A model generated the notes under the pieces. That model was not told the DNA's origin. It did no database searches and was given only the letters and a program-made list of their open reading frames with translations. 64,000 nt of DNA from the NCBI GenBank assembly GCA_038883775.1, contig JAVZLM010000006.1:1-64000 (forward strand), written 5' to 3'. Shown piece by piece: positions 27,850-38,582 of the stretch; position 1 is the first letter of the stretch; each line of letters starts with the position of its first letter. Source of the DNA: Candidatus Bathyarchaeia archaeon (lineage in GTDB: Archaea > Thermoproteota > Bathyarchaeia > Bathyarchaeales > Bathycorpusculaceae). A program made the position numbers and the translations under genes.

Positions 27850-28200
27850 ATGCATAGACGCATTAGCCCCCGCGAAGCAAGGCGCATGATGCAACGCATG
27901 GGTCTCAGCATGGACACAATTCCCGACGTGGAACAAGTAATAATCAAAACAAGCAGCAAAGAAATCGCCATAGAAGCACCAGAAGTAGCCATCATGGAAA
28001 TGCAAGGACAAAAAATCTTCCAAGTGGCTGGCGGAAAAATCAGCGAAAAATCCATAGAACGCAAATTAACAATACCAGAAGAAGATGTGAGGCTTGTTGC
28101 AGACCAGACCGGCAAAAGCCCAGAGGAAGCAAGAAAAGCCCTAGAAGAATGTGGAGGAGACCTAGCCAAAGCAATTCTCTTGCTTCAGTCAAAAGTTTAA
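27850..28200 (+). CDS. nac: Nascent polypeptide-associated complex protein
   Basis: MMQRMG, NAC domain, C-terminal UBA EEDVRLVADQT..GDLAKAI. Confidence 0.93.
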   Translation: MHRRISPREARRMMQRMGLSMDTIPDVEQVIIKTSSKEIAIEAPEVAIMEMQGQKIFQVAGGKISEKSIERKLTIPEEDVRLVADQTGKSPEEARKALEECGGDLAKAILLLQSKV

Positions 28201-28211
28201 TGTGTATTAAA

Positions 28212-29126
28212 ATGTTTGATGTTGTGGTTGTTGGTCATTTTGCCATAGACTCCATTCTTCTTCCATATAGGCAAATGCCCTATGTTATTTTGGGTGGTTC
28301 TGCAGCTTATGTTTCGCTTACCGTTAGGCGTTTAAATGCGAAGGCTTCTGTTTTTTCTAAGGTTGGCGAGGATTTTCCAGAGGCTTATTTATGGTGGTTA
28401 AAAGAAGAAGGCATCGACCTAAGCGGCGTAACAAAGGTTAAAAATGCGCAGACAACACGTTTCGAGCTGAAATATGATTATGGCTTTCTAAACAAAACTT
28501 TGCGCTTGAAAAGCAGAGCGCCCCCCATCACTGTGGAGGATCTGCCAAAATCTTTTAAGAGCAGGGCGGTCCACATTGCCCCTATAGCAGACGAAATAAC
28601 CTATGAGGTGGCTGAAAAATTAAGAAGCAACGCAGAGATTCTATCTATAGACCCGCAAGGACTTGTGCGAAACTTTGACACTGAGGGATACATCACTTAT
28701 TCTTCACTCTTGGATAAACGCATACTGGAGCTTGCCAACATTTATAAATCATCATTAGATGAAATCAAAGCTGCAACTGGCTTATCTGACCTAAACTCTG
28801 CAGTGAAGGCAGTTCACGATTATGGTGTAGAAACAGTTATAGTCACTTTAGGCGCTAAAGGCGCTTTACTTTCCGTCGAAGGAACCAAATACACTATTCC
28901 AGCCTACCCATGCGAGAAAATTGTTGACCCTACAGGGGCTGGGGACGCTTTTATTGGAGGTTTTCTTGCTGAATATGTTCGTGGCGAAGATTCTTTATGG
29001 TGCGCTTATGTTGGTTCTGCGGCTGCTTCTTTTGCTGTTGAGGCAGTTGGTCCCACATTCATGGAAGGCGAATCGGAAATTCATCAAAGAGCTCGTTTAC
29101 TTTATGAAAAAGAAATTAAGGAATAA
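28212..29126 (+). CDS. PfkB-family carbohydrate/nucleoside kinase
   Basis: GGSAAY, VTLGAKG, DPTGAGDAF; start placed at ATG 28212. Confidence 0.9.
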   Translation: MFDVVVVGHFAIDSILLPYRQMPYVILGGSAAYVSLTVRRLNAKASVFSKVGEDFPEAYLWWLKEEGIDLSGVTKVKNAQTTRFELKYDYGFLNKTLRLKSRAPPITVEDLPKSFKSRAVHIAPIADEITYEVAEKLRSNAEILSIDPQGLVRNFDTEGYITYSSLLDKRILELANIYKSSLDEIKAATGLSDLNSAVKAVHDYGVETVIVTLGAKGALLSVEGTKYTIPAYPCEKIVDPTGAGDAFIGGFLAEYVRGEDSLWCAYVGSAAASFAVEAVGPTFMEGESEIHQRARLLYEKEIKE

Positions 29127-29172
29127 CGCATATTTTATTCCATTAAGGTTACGTGATTAAGAGGCGCTAAAA

Positions 29173-29382
29173 TTGGGAAGAGTTGACAAAGGTGTCAAAT
29201 GCAGCGTGTCTGGTTGTAAGGGCGAAGCTATTCGTTCGCTTTCAGCAGAAAAAGTTAGGTCTGCTGGCTTAAATGTTGGTAGCAACGAAAGGCGTGCTTA
29301 TCTCTGCAAAGAACATTACAAAGAATATAAGAAGAAGACGAAGAAGGATAAGATGCTTGAAAAATGGCGGCACATGAGCTAG
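29173..29382 (+). CDS. Small basic zinc-finger protein (CxxxxC...CxxH)
   Basis: CSVSGC and LCKEH, Lys-rich tail; GAGG upstream. Confidence 0.75.
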   Translation: MGRVDKGVKCSVSGCKGEAIRSLSAEKVRSAGLNVGSNERRAYLCKEHYKEYKKKTKKDKMLEKWRHMS

Positions 29383-29400
29383 AAAGGAAAGGGATTTTCC

Positions 29401-31269
29401 ATGCGAATATTACAGTTACACTCAAACTATATTGAGTACATGCCAATTCAAAAAGAGATAGAGATGGCTGAAAAAGCCGAAAAGAAACCAGTACGCTATG
29501 AAGAAATTGTCGTGTTATTCACGGCTGTTGAGGAAAATGATGACTTAACTGTAGCCGAAAAAGCCATAGATGAAGTTTACGCTTTTCTCGAAAAATTAAA
29601 GGTAAACAGAATTCTAATTTATCCCTACGCTCACTTGAGCAGTAAACTGGCAAAGCCTCCAGAAGCCCTTAAAATAATTAAGGCTATGGAAGAAAACGCT
29701 AAGAAAAGGGGTTTAGAAGTGTTTAGGGCGCCTTTCGGCTGGAACAAACAGTTTACAATATCAATTAAGGGGCATCCCCTTGCAGAACAATCCCGCGTAA
29801 TTCTTCCTGCAGAAGTGAAAGAGGAAAAAGAAGAAAAAGTATCTGAAGCTGTTAAAGCCGAAGAAAAACTGGAATCATTCTGGTATGTTCTTCAGCCAGA
29901 TGGAAAAATGGTTCCCATCGAAGATTTTAATTTTAAGGGTTATGAAAATCTTGAGAAATTTGCAGATTACGAGATACATAAGGTAAGGGCAAGCCAGCAG
30001 ATGCCCCCTCATGTGCCATTAATGAAAAGATTGGAAATAGCTGACTATGAATCTGGAAGTGACCCGGGAAACATTCGCTGGTATCCGAAAGGGCGTTTAA
30101 TGAAATCTTTGCTTGAACAGTTTGTCACGGCGAAAATGGTGGAATACGGTGCCATGGAAGTTGAAACGCCAGTAATGTACGATTTTCACCACCCAAGCCT
30201 TGCTGATTATATGAATCGCTTTCCCGCAAGGCAGTATTTGCTAAAATCAGAAGACAAAGAACTTTTTCTGCGGTTTGCAGCATGCTTCGGACAATTCTTG
30301 ATGGTTCATGACTCACAATTTTCCTACAAGCACATGCCGTTAAAAGTTTACGAGCTAACCCGTTACAGTTTCAGGAGAGAAAAAAGCGGAGAAGTTGTGG
30401 GTTTAAGGCGTCTAAGAGCTTTTACCATGCCAGATTGCCACGCTTTCTGCGCAGACTTGGAACAAGCCAAGAAAGAGTTCATAACAAGGTTCAAATTGAG
30501 CATGGGAATTCTTGAGGAAATAGGCTTATCAAAAAAAGATTATGAGGCAGCATTGCGGTTCACCCAAGACTTTTATGAAGAAAATAAAGACTTCATTGCG
30601 GAGCTGGCAAAAATTTTCGGCAAACCATTCCTTATTGAGATGTGGAAGGAACGCTTTTTCTATTTCAGACTGAAATGGGACTTTAACTATGTGGACAATC
30701 AAAACAAGGCTGCAGCCCTATCCACAGACCAAATAGATGTTGAAAACGCAAAAAGGTATGACATAACCTATGTGGATGAGAAAGGCAAGAAAAGGCATCC
30801 CTTAATTCTGCACTGTTCTCCAAGCGGCGCAATTGAAAGATGCATATACGCATTATTAGAAAAAGCGTACAAAGAACAACAAACGGGCAAGCCACCAATG
30901 CTTCCCCTATGGCTTTCCCCGACCCAGGTGCGCATAATTCCATTATCCGAAAAATACATGGTTTTCTCCGAAGAACTGGCTAAAAAAATGGAGAAAAATT
31001 GTATACGTGTGGACATAGATGACCGAACCCTAACTTTGCAAAAGAGGGTTAGAGAAGCAGAAATGGAATGGATTCCATACATAGTTGTTGTTGGACAAAA
31101 AGAAGCTGAATCAAACATCTTAGCTGTAAGAGACAGAAAAGCCGAAAAAATCCGCAAAATGAAAATTGAAGAGCTAATAAGCGAGGTTAAAGAGATGACC
31201 CAAAACAAGCCTTTCAAGCCTCTGCCCTTACCAAAGCATCTTTCAAGAAGACCCCAATTTTATGGTTAA
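29401..31269 (+). CDS. thrS: Threonine--tRNA ligase (archaeal type with N-terminal editing domain)
   Basis: MRILQLH, YPYAHLSS, LRFAAC, FRREKSGE, LHCSPSGAIER. Confidence 0.97.
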   Translation: MRILQLHSNYIEYMPIQKEIEMAEKAEKKPVRYEEIVVLFTAVEENDDLTVAEKAIDEVYAFLEKLKVNRILIYPYAHLSSKLAKPPEALKIIKAMEENAKKRGLEVFRAPFGWNKQFTISIKGHPLAEQSRVILPAEVKEEKEEKVSEAVKAEEKLESFWYVLQPDGKMVPIEDFNFKGYENLEKFADYEIHKVRASQQMPPHVPLMKRLEIADYESGSDPGNIRWYPKGRLMKSLLEQFVTAKMVEYGAMEVETPVMYDFHHPSLADYMNRFPARQYLLKSEDKELFLRFAACFGQFLMVHDSQFSYKHMPLKVYELTRYSFRREKSGEVVGLRRLRAFTMPDCHAFCADLEQAKKEFITRFKLSMGILEEIGLSKKDYEAALRFTQDFYEENKDFIAELAKIFGKPFLIEMWKERFFYFRLKWDFNYVDNQNKAAALSTDQIDVENAKRYDITYVDEKGKKRHPLILHCSPSGAIERCIYALLEKAYKEQQTGKPPMLPLWLSPTQVRIIPLSEKYMVFSEELAKKMEKNCIRVDIDDRTLTLQKRVREAEMEWIPYIVVVGQKEAESNILAVRDRKAEKIRKMKIEELISEVKEMTQNKPFKPLPLPKHLSRRPQFYG

Positions 31270-31341
31270 TAACATTAAAAAGTAGCTGAATCTTGCAAAA
31301 ACTATATCAAACCTTAACCAAAATAGACTAAGTTCTCCAGT

Positions 31342-32247
31342 TTGAGGGGAAAATTCTTGGAAAAAGAACTACTTGTGTTTATAGACGGAGAATATTATCC
31401 AAAATCAAAAGCCAAAATTTCTGTTTACGACCACGGTCTCCTATATGGAGATGGAGTCTTCGAAGGAATACGCGCCTACAACGGCGTAGTATTCAAACTG
31501 AAAGAGCACATTGACAGATTATACCGCTCAGCCCACACAATCATGCTTCAAATTCCCATAACAAAAGATGAAATGATAAAAACAGTCTTAGAAACTCTTC
31601 GAAAAAACAACCTAAAAGACGCTTATATTCGCCTAATAGTAACAAGAGGTGTCGGCGACCTCGGAGTAGACCCAAGAAAATGTTCAAAACCCACAATTAT
31701 CGTAATAACAGATACCATAAAACTGCTAAAAACCGAAGCCAAAGAAAACGGAATAACCGCCATGATTTCATGGGTTAAAAGAGATCCAGTGGACGCGACA
31801 ACACACGAAATAAAATCCCTCAACTACCTAAACAGCGTAATGGCAAAAATTGAAGCAAACATAAACGATGTCGACGAAGCCATATGCCTAGACAAAAACG
31901 GCTTCGTATGCGAAGGCGTAGCCGAAAACATATTCATAGTCAAAAATGGAAAAATTTTCACACCACCAAGCTATACAGGCGCACTACCGGGAATAACTGC
32001 TGAAGCGATAATGAAACTTGCAAGAAGGCTTGGATACGAAGTTATTGAGAAGAACATAACACCGTACGAATTGTTTAACGCTGATGAAGTCTTCTTTACT
32101 GGAACCGCTGCTGAAATTGTGCCAGTGAAAGAAATAAACAAAAGGACCATAGGAAATGGAAAACCAGGTCCTATAACCAAGAAACTAATGGCTGAATTCG
32201 TGAAAATGGTTCAAGACCCAAATGAAGGAATACCGATCTATCAGTAA
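31342..32247 (+). CDS. ilvE: Branched-chain amino acid aminotransferase
   Basis: [30 protein letters not shown]. Confidence 0.95.
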   Translation: MRGKFLEKELLVFIDGEYYPKSKAKISVYDHGLLYGDGVFEGIRAYNGVVFKLKEHIDRLYRSAHTIMLQIPITKDEMIKTVLETLRKNNLKDAYIRLIVTRGVGDLGVDPRKCSKPTIIVITDTIKLLKTEAKENGITAMISWVKRDPVDATTHEIKSLNYLNSVMAKIEANINDVDEAICLDKNGFVCEGVAENIFIVKNGKIFTPPSYTGALPGITAEAIMKLARRLGYEVIEKNITPYELFNADEVFFTGTAAEIVPVKEINKRTIGNGKPGPITKKLMAEFVKMVQDPNEGIPIYQ

Positions 32248-32263
32248 CGCAAACTTTAATCCT

Positions 32264-33469
32264 TTATTCACTCTTCCTCATAAACTCTTCAATTCTGTTA
32301 AAGGCTTCTTCAAGCGTTTCAATTGGTGGAAGAAAAACTCCCCTAACATGCCCTGTCCCATAAGTTTGGTCAAAACCTGAACCATGAACAAGAAGCACGC
32401 CAGTTTCTTTTAAAAGCTCCAAAACAAATTCTAAATCCGTTTTCCATTTTCGTCCCACCGCATGAATTTTTGGAAAGACATAGAAGGCTCCCTCAGGCTT
32501 TGCACAGCTAATTCCTTCAATCTCATTTAATCTTTTTAAAGAATAGTCTCTTCTTTCTCTAAGTTTTTTAACCATATCTCTTATGTGATTTTGTGGTCCA
32601 TTTAGGGCTGCAACCCCAGCTTTTTGAACTGGCGTGTTTGCACAAATCCTTACCCTTGCTTCTTTTTCAACGCACTGTTTCAGTTCTTGAAGCTCACCCT
32701 TTTGGTCGTGAAAATATACGTAGCCAAGCCTCCACCCAGTCATCAAATAAGCCTTTGAAAAACCGTTAAGCCCGATGACTGGAACGTCCTTGGCTAAACG
32801 TGCAGTGCTAACAAATTTTTTCTCATAAACTATTTGGTCATAAATTTCATCAGACAAAATTGGAATTCCGTATTCTCCAGCCAAGTCTAAAATTTGCTTT
32901 ACAACTTTATCCGCGTAAAGAGCCCCAGAAGGGTTATTTGGATTGATAATTACAATTCCCCGGGTTTTTCTTGAAATTTTCTCCCTCAAATCATCGATAT
33001 TTGGCTGCCAGCCGTCATCCTCTGTAGTCTCATAAGTGATGGGTTTTCCGCCAAAAAATTTTGCATAAGAAATGTAAGGCGGGTAAGTGGGTCCTGGAAG
33101 GAGAATTTCATCTCCAGCATCAATAAGTGCAGCCATAACCATTTGAATGCCCTCAGAAATTCCAGAAGTGACAATAACATTCTCGGAAGAAACATTAACA
33201 CCGTTAACTCTTTTTTCCTTTTGGCTTATTGCTTCTCTAAGTTCTGACACGCCTTCCGAAGCAGAGTAAGAATTTGCTCCTTCATTAACAGCCTTGATTA
33301 AAGCTTGTTTAATATGTTGCGGAGTGTCAAAATCAAATGCCACCGGGTCGCCTATGTTCAAATAAAAAATTTTCTTTCCCATCTTTGCCAATTTTTTCGC
33401 ATAAATAATAACATCTCGAATAGCATACTCTATAGTGCGAACTCTTTCAGTAACCTTTATTCCAGTCAA
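32264..33469 (-). CDS. Class I/II aminotransferase (alanine aminotransferase-like)
   Basis: EYAIRDV, LNIGDP, NPNNPSG, DEIYD, GFSKAYLMTGWRLG. Confidence 0.9.
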   Translation of the reverse strand: MTGIKVTERVRTIEYAIRDVIIYAKKLAKMGKKIFYLNIGDPVAFDFDTPQHIKQALIKAVNEGANSYSASEGVSELREAISQKEKRVNGVNVSSENVIVTSGISEGIQMVMAALIDAGDEILLPGPTYPPYISYAKFFGGKPITYETTEDDGWQPNIDDLREKISRKTRGIVIINPNNPSGALYADKVVKQILDLAGEYGIPILSDEIYDQIVYEKKFVSTARLAKDVPVIGLNGFSKAYLMTGWRLGYVYFHDQKGELQELKQCVEKEARVRICANTPVQKAGVAALNGPQNHIRDMVKKLRERRDYSLKRLNEIEGISCAKPEGAFYVFPKIHAVGRKWKTDLEFVLELLKETGVLLVHGSGFDQTYGTGHVRGVFLPPIETLEEAFNRIEEFMRKSE

Positions 33470-33529
33470 ACCATCATCCTTCTAGAACTCACGCTTCTAT
33501 TTCTAAGAAAATAAAGCTTATGGGCTAAT

Positions 33530-35245
33530 TCAGGAAGTGTGAAAGATTATGGATGCTTTAATATCTTCTACTGTAATAATTGACACTAGGATATCTATGT
33601 TTGAGTATTTTTCCCAATCAAACAGACATAGAATTATAACAGTTTCACCTGGACTTATGATTATTTGGTTTTCTGGAAATAGGTCTTCCACTATGATTGT
33701 TTGGTTTTGAAACGCAACGGTTACTTTTGACACTGTAAGATTCCATATGGAATAACTTAAACTTTCAACAGTTATATTGAGATATTTAGTTATACCAAAA
33801 TTTATGCCAGTAACTTCTGTTATGTTAAGCTCTGCTTTGGGAAGTTGAAAAACGAAATTAAATGTATATGCCTCTGAAGTTTTATTTGCTATTACATATA
33901 CTGTTAGAGTTATGTTTTTACCTGCCCCTAAGGGATAAGTGTTCCAATCATTGAGATTACAGAAGAACGTTTTATTTTGACCCACATCAATTGATCCATA
34001 AGGTAATGGTGGATCTGACTTCGTAGAATTTATTATTTCTCCTGTTTCTCTTACTACAATTTTTGTTATGTTAACGGCATCCAAGGAGGACTGGTGATTC
34101 AGCAATGTTATGTTAAAGTGGGTTCTATCCCGCAAAGTGAAGGCACCTTCTTCATTTAATACTTTAACCAGTATGGGCGATGGCGTTATAGCAGTAAAAT
34201 TGCTAGTTTCAAAATCTTGTGAGAAATAGACTTTCGCGGTAACTTTTTTCCCTCTATATGTTCGCCATGATTGATTAATTGCGAATGTATGGATTGTATT
34301 TGGCATTATACCTACTGGAGGATCATAATATCTTTCTATCACTGTTCCATTCTCCAATATGCACGCTATTTTTGTGACGTTTACATAGTTGGCTGACTCG
34401 GCGAGATTTGAAATCGTCACGTTAAAGTGGTCGGTGTGATTTTCATCAAAGATTACGTTTTTGATCATTGCATATGCTTGTGTCAAATTAATATTTTTTA
34501 AAAATCTGTAACCTTCCTTTGTTGAAAGTGTAAGTGAAGTGCTAATAACTCCATGCCAACTTCCGTTAAATTCAAAATGGATAGAGGTTCCCTTTTCAAT
34601 CAATTGAGGAAGTTCAGGGGATATGTCTTCCACAACAATTCCGCCAAATATTATCTCCATTATTGTCAAGTTAACAACCGAGTTAGCATCGTTCATTACG
34701 GTTATGTTAAACCTTCTAAACGAAATTCTAGAGTCAAAATCCACATCAACACTAAGCTTCACCAGCGGTATCACTGTTTCCATATTTGCGGCTGGAGCGT
34801 CGGAAGAGAAAACGTGTACAATAATGTTTTCCCCCGCATACTTGGCAGCAAACTCCCCCCAAGTCATGTTACGGCCTTCCACTCGAAGTAAAGAACATGT
34901 AATGTTCAATGTTTTCCCTTTTGGAACAATAATTCCATTTACAAGTGATGGGGCAGTTTCCAAAATTTCATAAAGTCTTGTTTCATTTTTTAGACTAACA
35001 GCTATTTTTGTTATTGTAGCATCTGCCGGCGAATATGAGGGATTCAAAACACTAACTTGGAATGCTGTGGCATTTTTCTTGTCAAAATACACTCCTGTTA
35101 TTGTAATCGTCGCCCCAAGGGGCAACTCAATGTAGTAGGCTATTGTGAATAGATAAGCGATTACTCCACCCATTACTGCAGATAATAGCATAAGAATTAT
35201 GAGAGTAAGCGTTGAAACGGCTTTTAAGCTGTTTAACACCCGCAT
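33530..35245 (-). CDS. Membrane-anchored surface glycoprotein with class III (pilin-like) signal peptide and five tandem beta-rich domains
   Basis: LKA|VSTLTLIILMLL N-terminus; repeated F-N-I/V-T-x2-N...N-I/V/L-T-K-I motif; more than 20 N-x-S/T sequons; start ATG 35245 after GAGGGAG. Confidence 0.7.
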   Translation of the reverse strand: MRVLNSLKAVSTLTLIILMLLSAVMGGVIAYLFTIAYYIELPLGATITITGVYFDKKNATAFQVSVLNPSYSPADATITKIAVSLKNETRLYEILETAPSLVNGIIVPKGKTLNITCSLLRVEGRNMTWGEFAAKYAGENIIVHVFSSDAPAANMETVIPLVKLSVDVDFDSRISFRRFNITVMNDANSVVNLTIMEIIFGGIVVEDISPELPQLIEKGTSIHFEFNGSWHGVISTSLTLSTKEGYRFLKNINLTQAYAMIKNVIFDENHTDHFNVTISNLAESANYVNVTKIACILENGTVIERYYDPPVGIMPNTIHTFAINQSWRTYRGKKVTAKVYFSQDFETSNFTAITPSPILVKVLNEEGAFTLRDRTHFNITLLNHQSSLDAVNITKIVVRETGEIINSTKSDPPLPYGSIDVGQNKTFFCNLNDWNTYPLGAGKNITLTVYVIANKTSEAYTFNFVFQLPKAELNITEVTGINFGITKYLNITVESLSYSIWNLTVSKVTVAFQNQTIIVEDLFPENQIIISPGETVIILCLFDWEKYSNIDILVSIITVEDIKASIIFHTS

Positions 35246-35378
35246 TTTTCTCCCTCTATTTTGATACATGTTTTTGTAATTTCATATTCTAAGCCATAAA
35301 TAAGTATTCTCTCATAAACGTTAGGCTTAAATCTGTTTAGTGATGATTATCTGACTCCAACATCGTGGGGAAAAATAA

Positions 35379-36665
35379 ATGCGGGAATATGATGCATTGA
35401 TTGTGGGTGCTGGAATTATAGGTTTGTCCACTGCTTACCATATTAAAGTTAGAAACCCTAAAGCGAATGTTTTAGTTGTGGATAAATTGGGCGCTGCTGG
35501 ACAAGGCAGTACAGCCAAAAGCGCCGCAGCCTTTAGATGTTTCTTTTATTCCCATACGAATTTTGCTTTGGCTGACTCTTCCGTTGAATTTTATAAGCAT
35601 GTTGAGAGGGATTTGGGATTTGATTTAAAGATGAGGTGGATTGGTTATTTGTGGCTTTTTGACGATGAGAGATATGGCAGAATGCTTCCTGTTTTGAAGG
35701 ATTTGGCTAGTAGGGGTTTTCAGTATAAAGAGTACGAAGCGAAAGAGTTGGCTAAAAAGCTTGATATGCGAACTAATTTTGCTGGCGACGAAGAAGCAGA
35801 GTTAATGGGTTTAGGAGATGTTTATAAGGGAATATTGATTCCTAAAGCTGGCTTGCTTGACGTTGATTCTCTTGTCAAATTTTACGAGTCTGAGTTTCTT
35901 AGGTTAGGCGGCGAAATTCACTACAATAGCGAAGTTAAGGAAATTATTGTTGAGCCGTGTAAACCTCTTGGTATGCCTGGCGAACCATATTTTTGGCAAG
36001 ACGCTGTCGTTGTTGGAGTGAAAACCACTAAAGGCGTGGTGAGGGCTGAAAAGACAATAATTGCTGCTGGAGCTTGGATTCCTCAACTGCTTGACCCCAT
36101 TGGAATTGAATGTTTCATTAAGGCTAAAAAGAGGCAGGTTTTTTCTGTCAAAGCAAAAAACGAGGCGCTTAAAAAGCTTCTTTACACGAAGGAATTCTCA
36201 AATGCTGGCTGTTTGCCCTTCACAATCTTTCCAAAACCCTCTTCGTATATTCGTCCAGCGCCTGAAGAAGAAGCCTTTTGGTTGGCTTATGCTGACGATT
36301 TTCCAAGAGCCTTCAAAATCGAAGATAACCCTGAACCTGAAGAAAACTTTTACCGTTATGGTTTGTATCAGGTCACAGTGAAATATTTTCCGCAGTTTGT
36401 TGGTTGTGAACCTTTTTCGGCTTTTGCCGGTTTATATGAGATTAACACTTTAGATGGGCAGCCTTTAGTTTTTGAAGAGAATGGTTTAATGGTTGTTGGT
36501 GGCGCCAGCGGAAGCGGGATAATGAAGGCTGATGCCATAGGTAGGATTGCAGCTGCACTTTACAATGACGAGAAATATGCTCTGCTTTATGGAGATAGGA
36601 AATTCAAGATTAGTGATTTAGGTTTGAAAAATAGGCGTGTGGAGCCGGAAAAACTGGTAATTTAG
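35379..36665 (+). CDS. FAD-dependent oxidoreductase, DAO/sarcosine oxidase beta-like
   Basis: IVGAGIIGLSTA, GSTAKSAA, AAGAW, SGSGIM. Confidence 0.85.
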   Translation: MREYDALIVGAGIIGLSTAYHIKVRNPKANVLVVDKLGAAGQGSTAKSAAAFRCFFYSHTNFALADSSVEFYKHVERDLGFDLKMRWIGYLWLFDDERYGRMLPVLKDLASRGFQYKEYEAKELAKKLDMRTNFAGDEEAELMGLGDVYKGILIPKAGLLDVDSLVKFYESEFLRLGGEIHYNSEVKEIIVEPCKPLGMPGEPYFWQDAVVVGVKTTKGVVRAEKTIIAAGAWIPQLLDPIGIECFIKAKKRQVFSVKAKNEALKKLLYTKEFSNAGCLPFTIFPKPSSYIRPAPEEEAFWLAYADDFPRAFKIEDNPEPEENFYRYGLYQVTVKYFPQFVGCEPFSAFAGLYEINTLDGQPLVFEENGLMVVGGASGSGIMKADAIGRIAAALYNDEKYALLYGDRKFKISDLGLKNRRVEPEKLVI

Positions 36666-36737
36666 CCCTTTTACATCACTAATTTTATTTGCTCTTAAAT
36701 AGAAACTATAAGCCGCTTTGGAGTGTGATGTTAGATT

Positions 36738-38570
36738 ATGTATGGTTGGAATGGCAAGCTTTTGTATGTAAATTTGAGTAAAAGTAAGGCTGTTGCAAAG
36801 CCGTATGAGGCGAGCTTTGCAAAAAATTTCTTGGGCGGGAGGGGATTCGCCGCTAAGATTTTGTGGGATGAGCTTAAACCCGGAATTGACCCTTTATCTC
36901 CTGAGAATAAGTTGGTTTTTGCTGTTGGTCCGTTAACTGGTTTTGCCTTGCCTAGTAGTGGCAAAATGGTTGTAGCTTCCAAAAGTCCTTTAACTGGAGG
37001 TTATGGCGATGGAAACATTGGAACATATGCGGCTGTTCAAATTCGGAAAGCTGGTTACGACGCCGTAATCATCGAAGGTAAAGCAAAAAAGCCAATAGTT
37101 CTTTTGGTTCAAGACACTCAAGCGGAGTTTTTGGATGCAAAAGACCTTTGGGGCGCAACATCATTTGAGGCTGAAAGAAAGCTTAGAGAAATTTACGGGT
37201 CCGCTGCTGGAATCTTATGCATTGGTCCTGGCGGAGAAAATCTTGTCAAGTTTGCGAATATAGTTTCACAAGAGGGACGTGCTGGTGGAAGACCTGGAAT
37301 GGGGGCTGTTATGGGTTCGAAGAATTTGAAGGCTGTGGTTTTTGTTGGTTCTGGTGAATTGTCTGCTGCTTATCCAAAGGAAATGAAGGAGTTGGGCGCA
37401 GACGCTTACAGAGAGGTTTTAACCAAGCCAAACTATGCCTTTTGGAAGAGGCAAGGTACAATGATGACCATTGAATGGAGCCAAGAAAACTGTGTTCTTC
37501 CCACTCACAATTATCGAGAAGGCGTTTTTGAGAAGGCGGATGCCATAGGCGGCTTTAGCATGGAGAAAATTAAAACATCAAATCGTGGTTGTCCCCAATG
37601 CAATATGACATGTGGCAATGTTGTCAAAGGTTCAGATAAAAAAGAGGCTGAGCTTGATTATGAAAATGTTGCCATGCTGGGTTCAAACATTGGATTGGGC
37701 AGCCTAAAACAAGTTGCAGTCCTTAACCGAGTTGCTGATGAATTGGGCTTGGATACGATTTCTTTGGGCAATGTTATTGGCTTTGCCATGGAAGCTTCTG
37801 AAAAAGGATTAATTGAGGAGAAAGTTTCTTGGGGAAAGTTTAAGGAAACTAAAAGTTTGATTAAAGATATAGCCTACAGACGTGGTTTGGGCAACATTTT
37901 AGCTGAAGGAGTTCGCTTTGCAGCAGAAAAAATTGGTAAAAACTCAAGTCGCTGGGCTATGCATGTGAAGGGTTTAGAAATTTCTGCTTATGATTGTCAC
38001 ACTACTCCAGCCATGGCTCTGGCATATGCAACAAGCTCTATTGGCGCTCACCATAAGGATGCATGGGTTATTTCTTGGGAGGTTAAGTTTGGACGTGACA
38101 GTTATAGCGAGGAAAAGGTTGACAAGGTTATAGAGTTTCAGCGTATCCGTGGAGGAGTTTTTGAGTCGCTAACTGTGTGTAGACTTCCTTGGATTGAGCT
38201 TGGCTTCGAACTTGAATGGTACACAAAGTTTTTGCATGCAGCCACCGGACTGGAAATGAGTTGGGAAGAATTGAATATAATTGCTGATAGGGTTTTCAAT
38301 TTGATTCGTGCCTTCTGGATTCGTGAATATGGAAAAAAATGGAACATAGAAATGGACGTCCCGCCAGCAAGATGGTTCAAGGAAACATTAACTAAGGGTT
38401 CATTTAAAGGTGCAAAACTTGACAGAACAAAGTATGATATTATGTTACGGAGATATTACAGAAAACGGGGCTGGGATGAAAGGGGAATTCCAACAAAAAC
38501 GACATTGAAAAAGTTGGGATTGGAGGATGTTTCTAAGCAACTTCAAAAGCATGTTAAACTCGTTGACTGA
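36738..38570 (+). CDS. for: Tungsten aldehyde:ferredoxin oxidoreductase, FOR-like
   Basis: KSPLTGGYGDGN, SQEGRAGGRPGMGAVMGSK, CPQCNMTC, DYENVA, GAHHKDAW; resembles Pyrococcus FOR from memory. Confidence 0.82.
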   Translation: MYGWNGKLLYVNLSKSKAVAKPYEASFAKNFLGGRGFAAKILWDELKPGIDPLSPENKLVFAVGPLTGFALPSSGKMVVASKSPLTGGYGDGNIGTYAAVQIRKAGYDAVIIEGKAKKPIVLLVQDTQAEFLDAKDLWGATSFEAERKLREIYGSAAGILCIGPGGENLVKFANIVSQEGRAGGRPGMGAVMGSKNLKAVVFVGSGELSAAYPKEMKELGADAYREVLTKPNYAFWKRQGTMMTIEWSQENCVLPTHNYREGVFEKADAIGGFSMEKIKTSNRGCPQCNMTCGNVVKGSDKKEAELDYENVAMLGSNIGLGSLKQVAVLNRVADELGLDTISLGNVIGFAMEASEKGLIEEKVSWGKFKETKSLIKDIAYRRGLGNILAEGVRFAAEKIGKNSSRWAMHVKGLEISAYDCHTTPAMALAYATSSIGAHHKDAWVISWEVKFGRDSYSEEKVDKVIEFQRIRGGVFESLTVCRLPWIELGFELEWYTKFLHAATGLEMSWEELNIIADRVFNLIRAFWIREYGKKWNIEMDVPPARWFKETLTKGSFKGAKLDRTKYDIMLRRYYRKRGWDERGIPTKTTLKKLGLEDVSKQLQKHVKLVD

Positions 38571-38582
38571 TTTAGGCTGATG

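Noticed and set aside
22974-28200. DUF2110-HD-tfe-trm56-hflX-mbf1 / PUA-nac cluster as a novel system
   Set aside because: These are widespread archaeal information-processing genes in a familiar neighbourhood; only the hflX start is anomalous.
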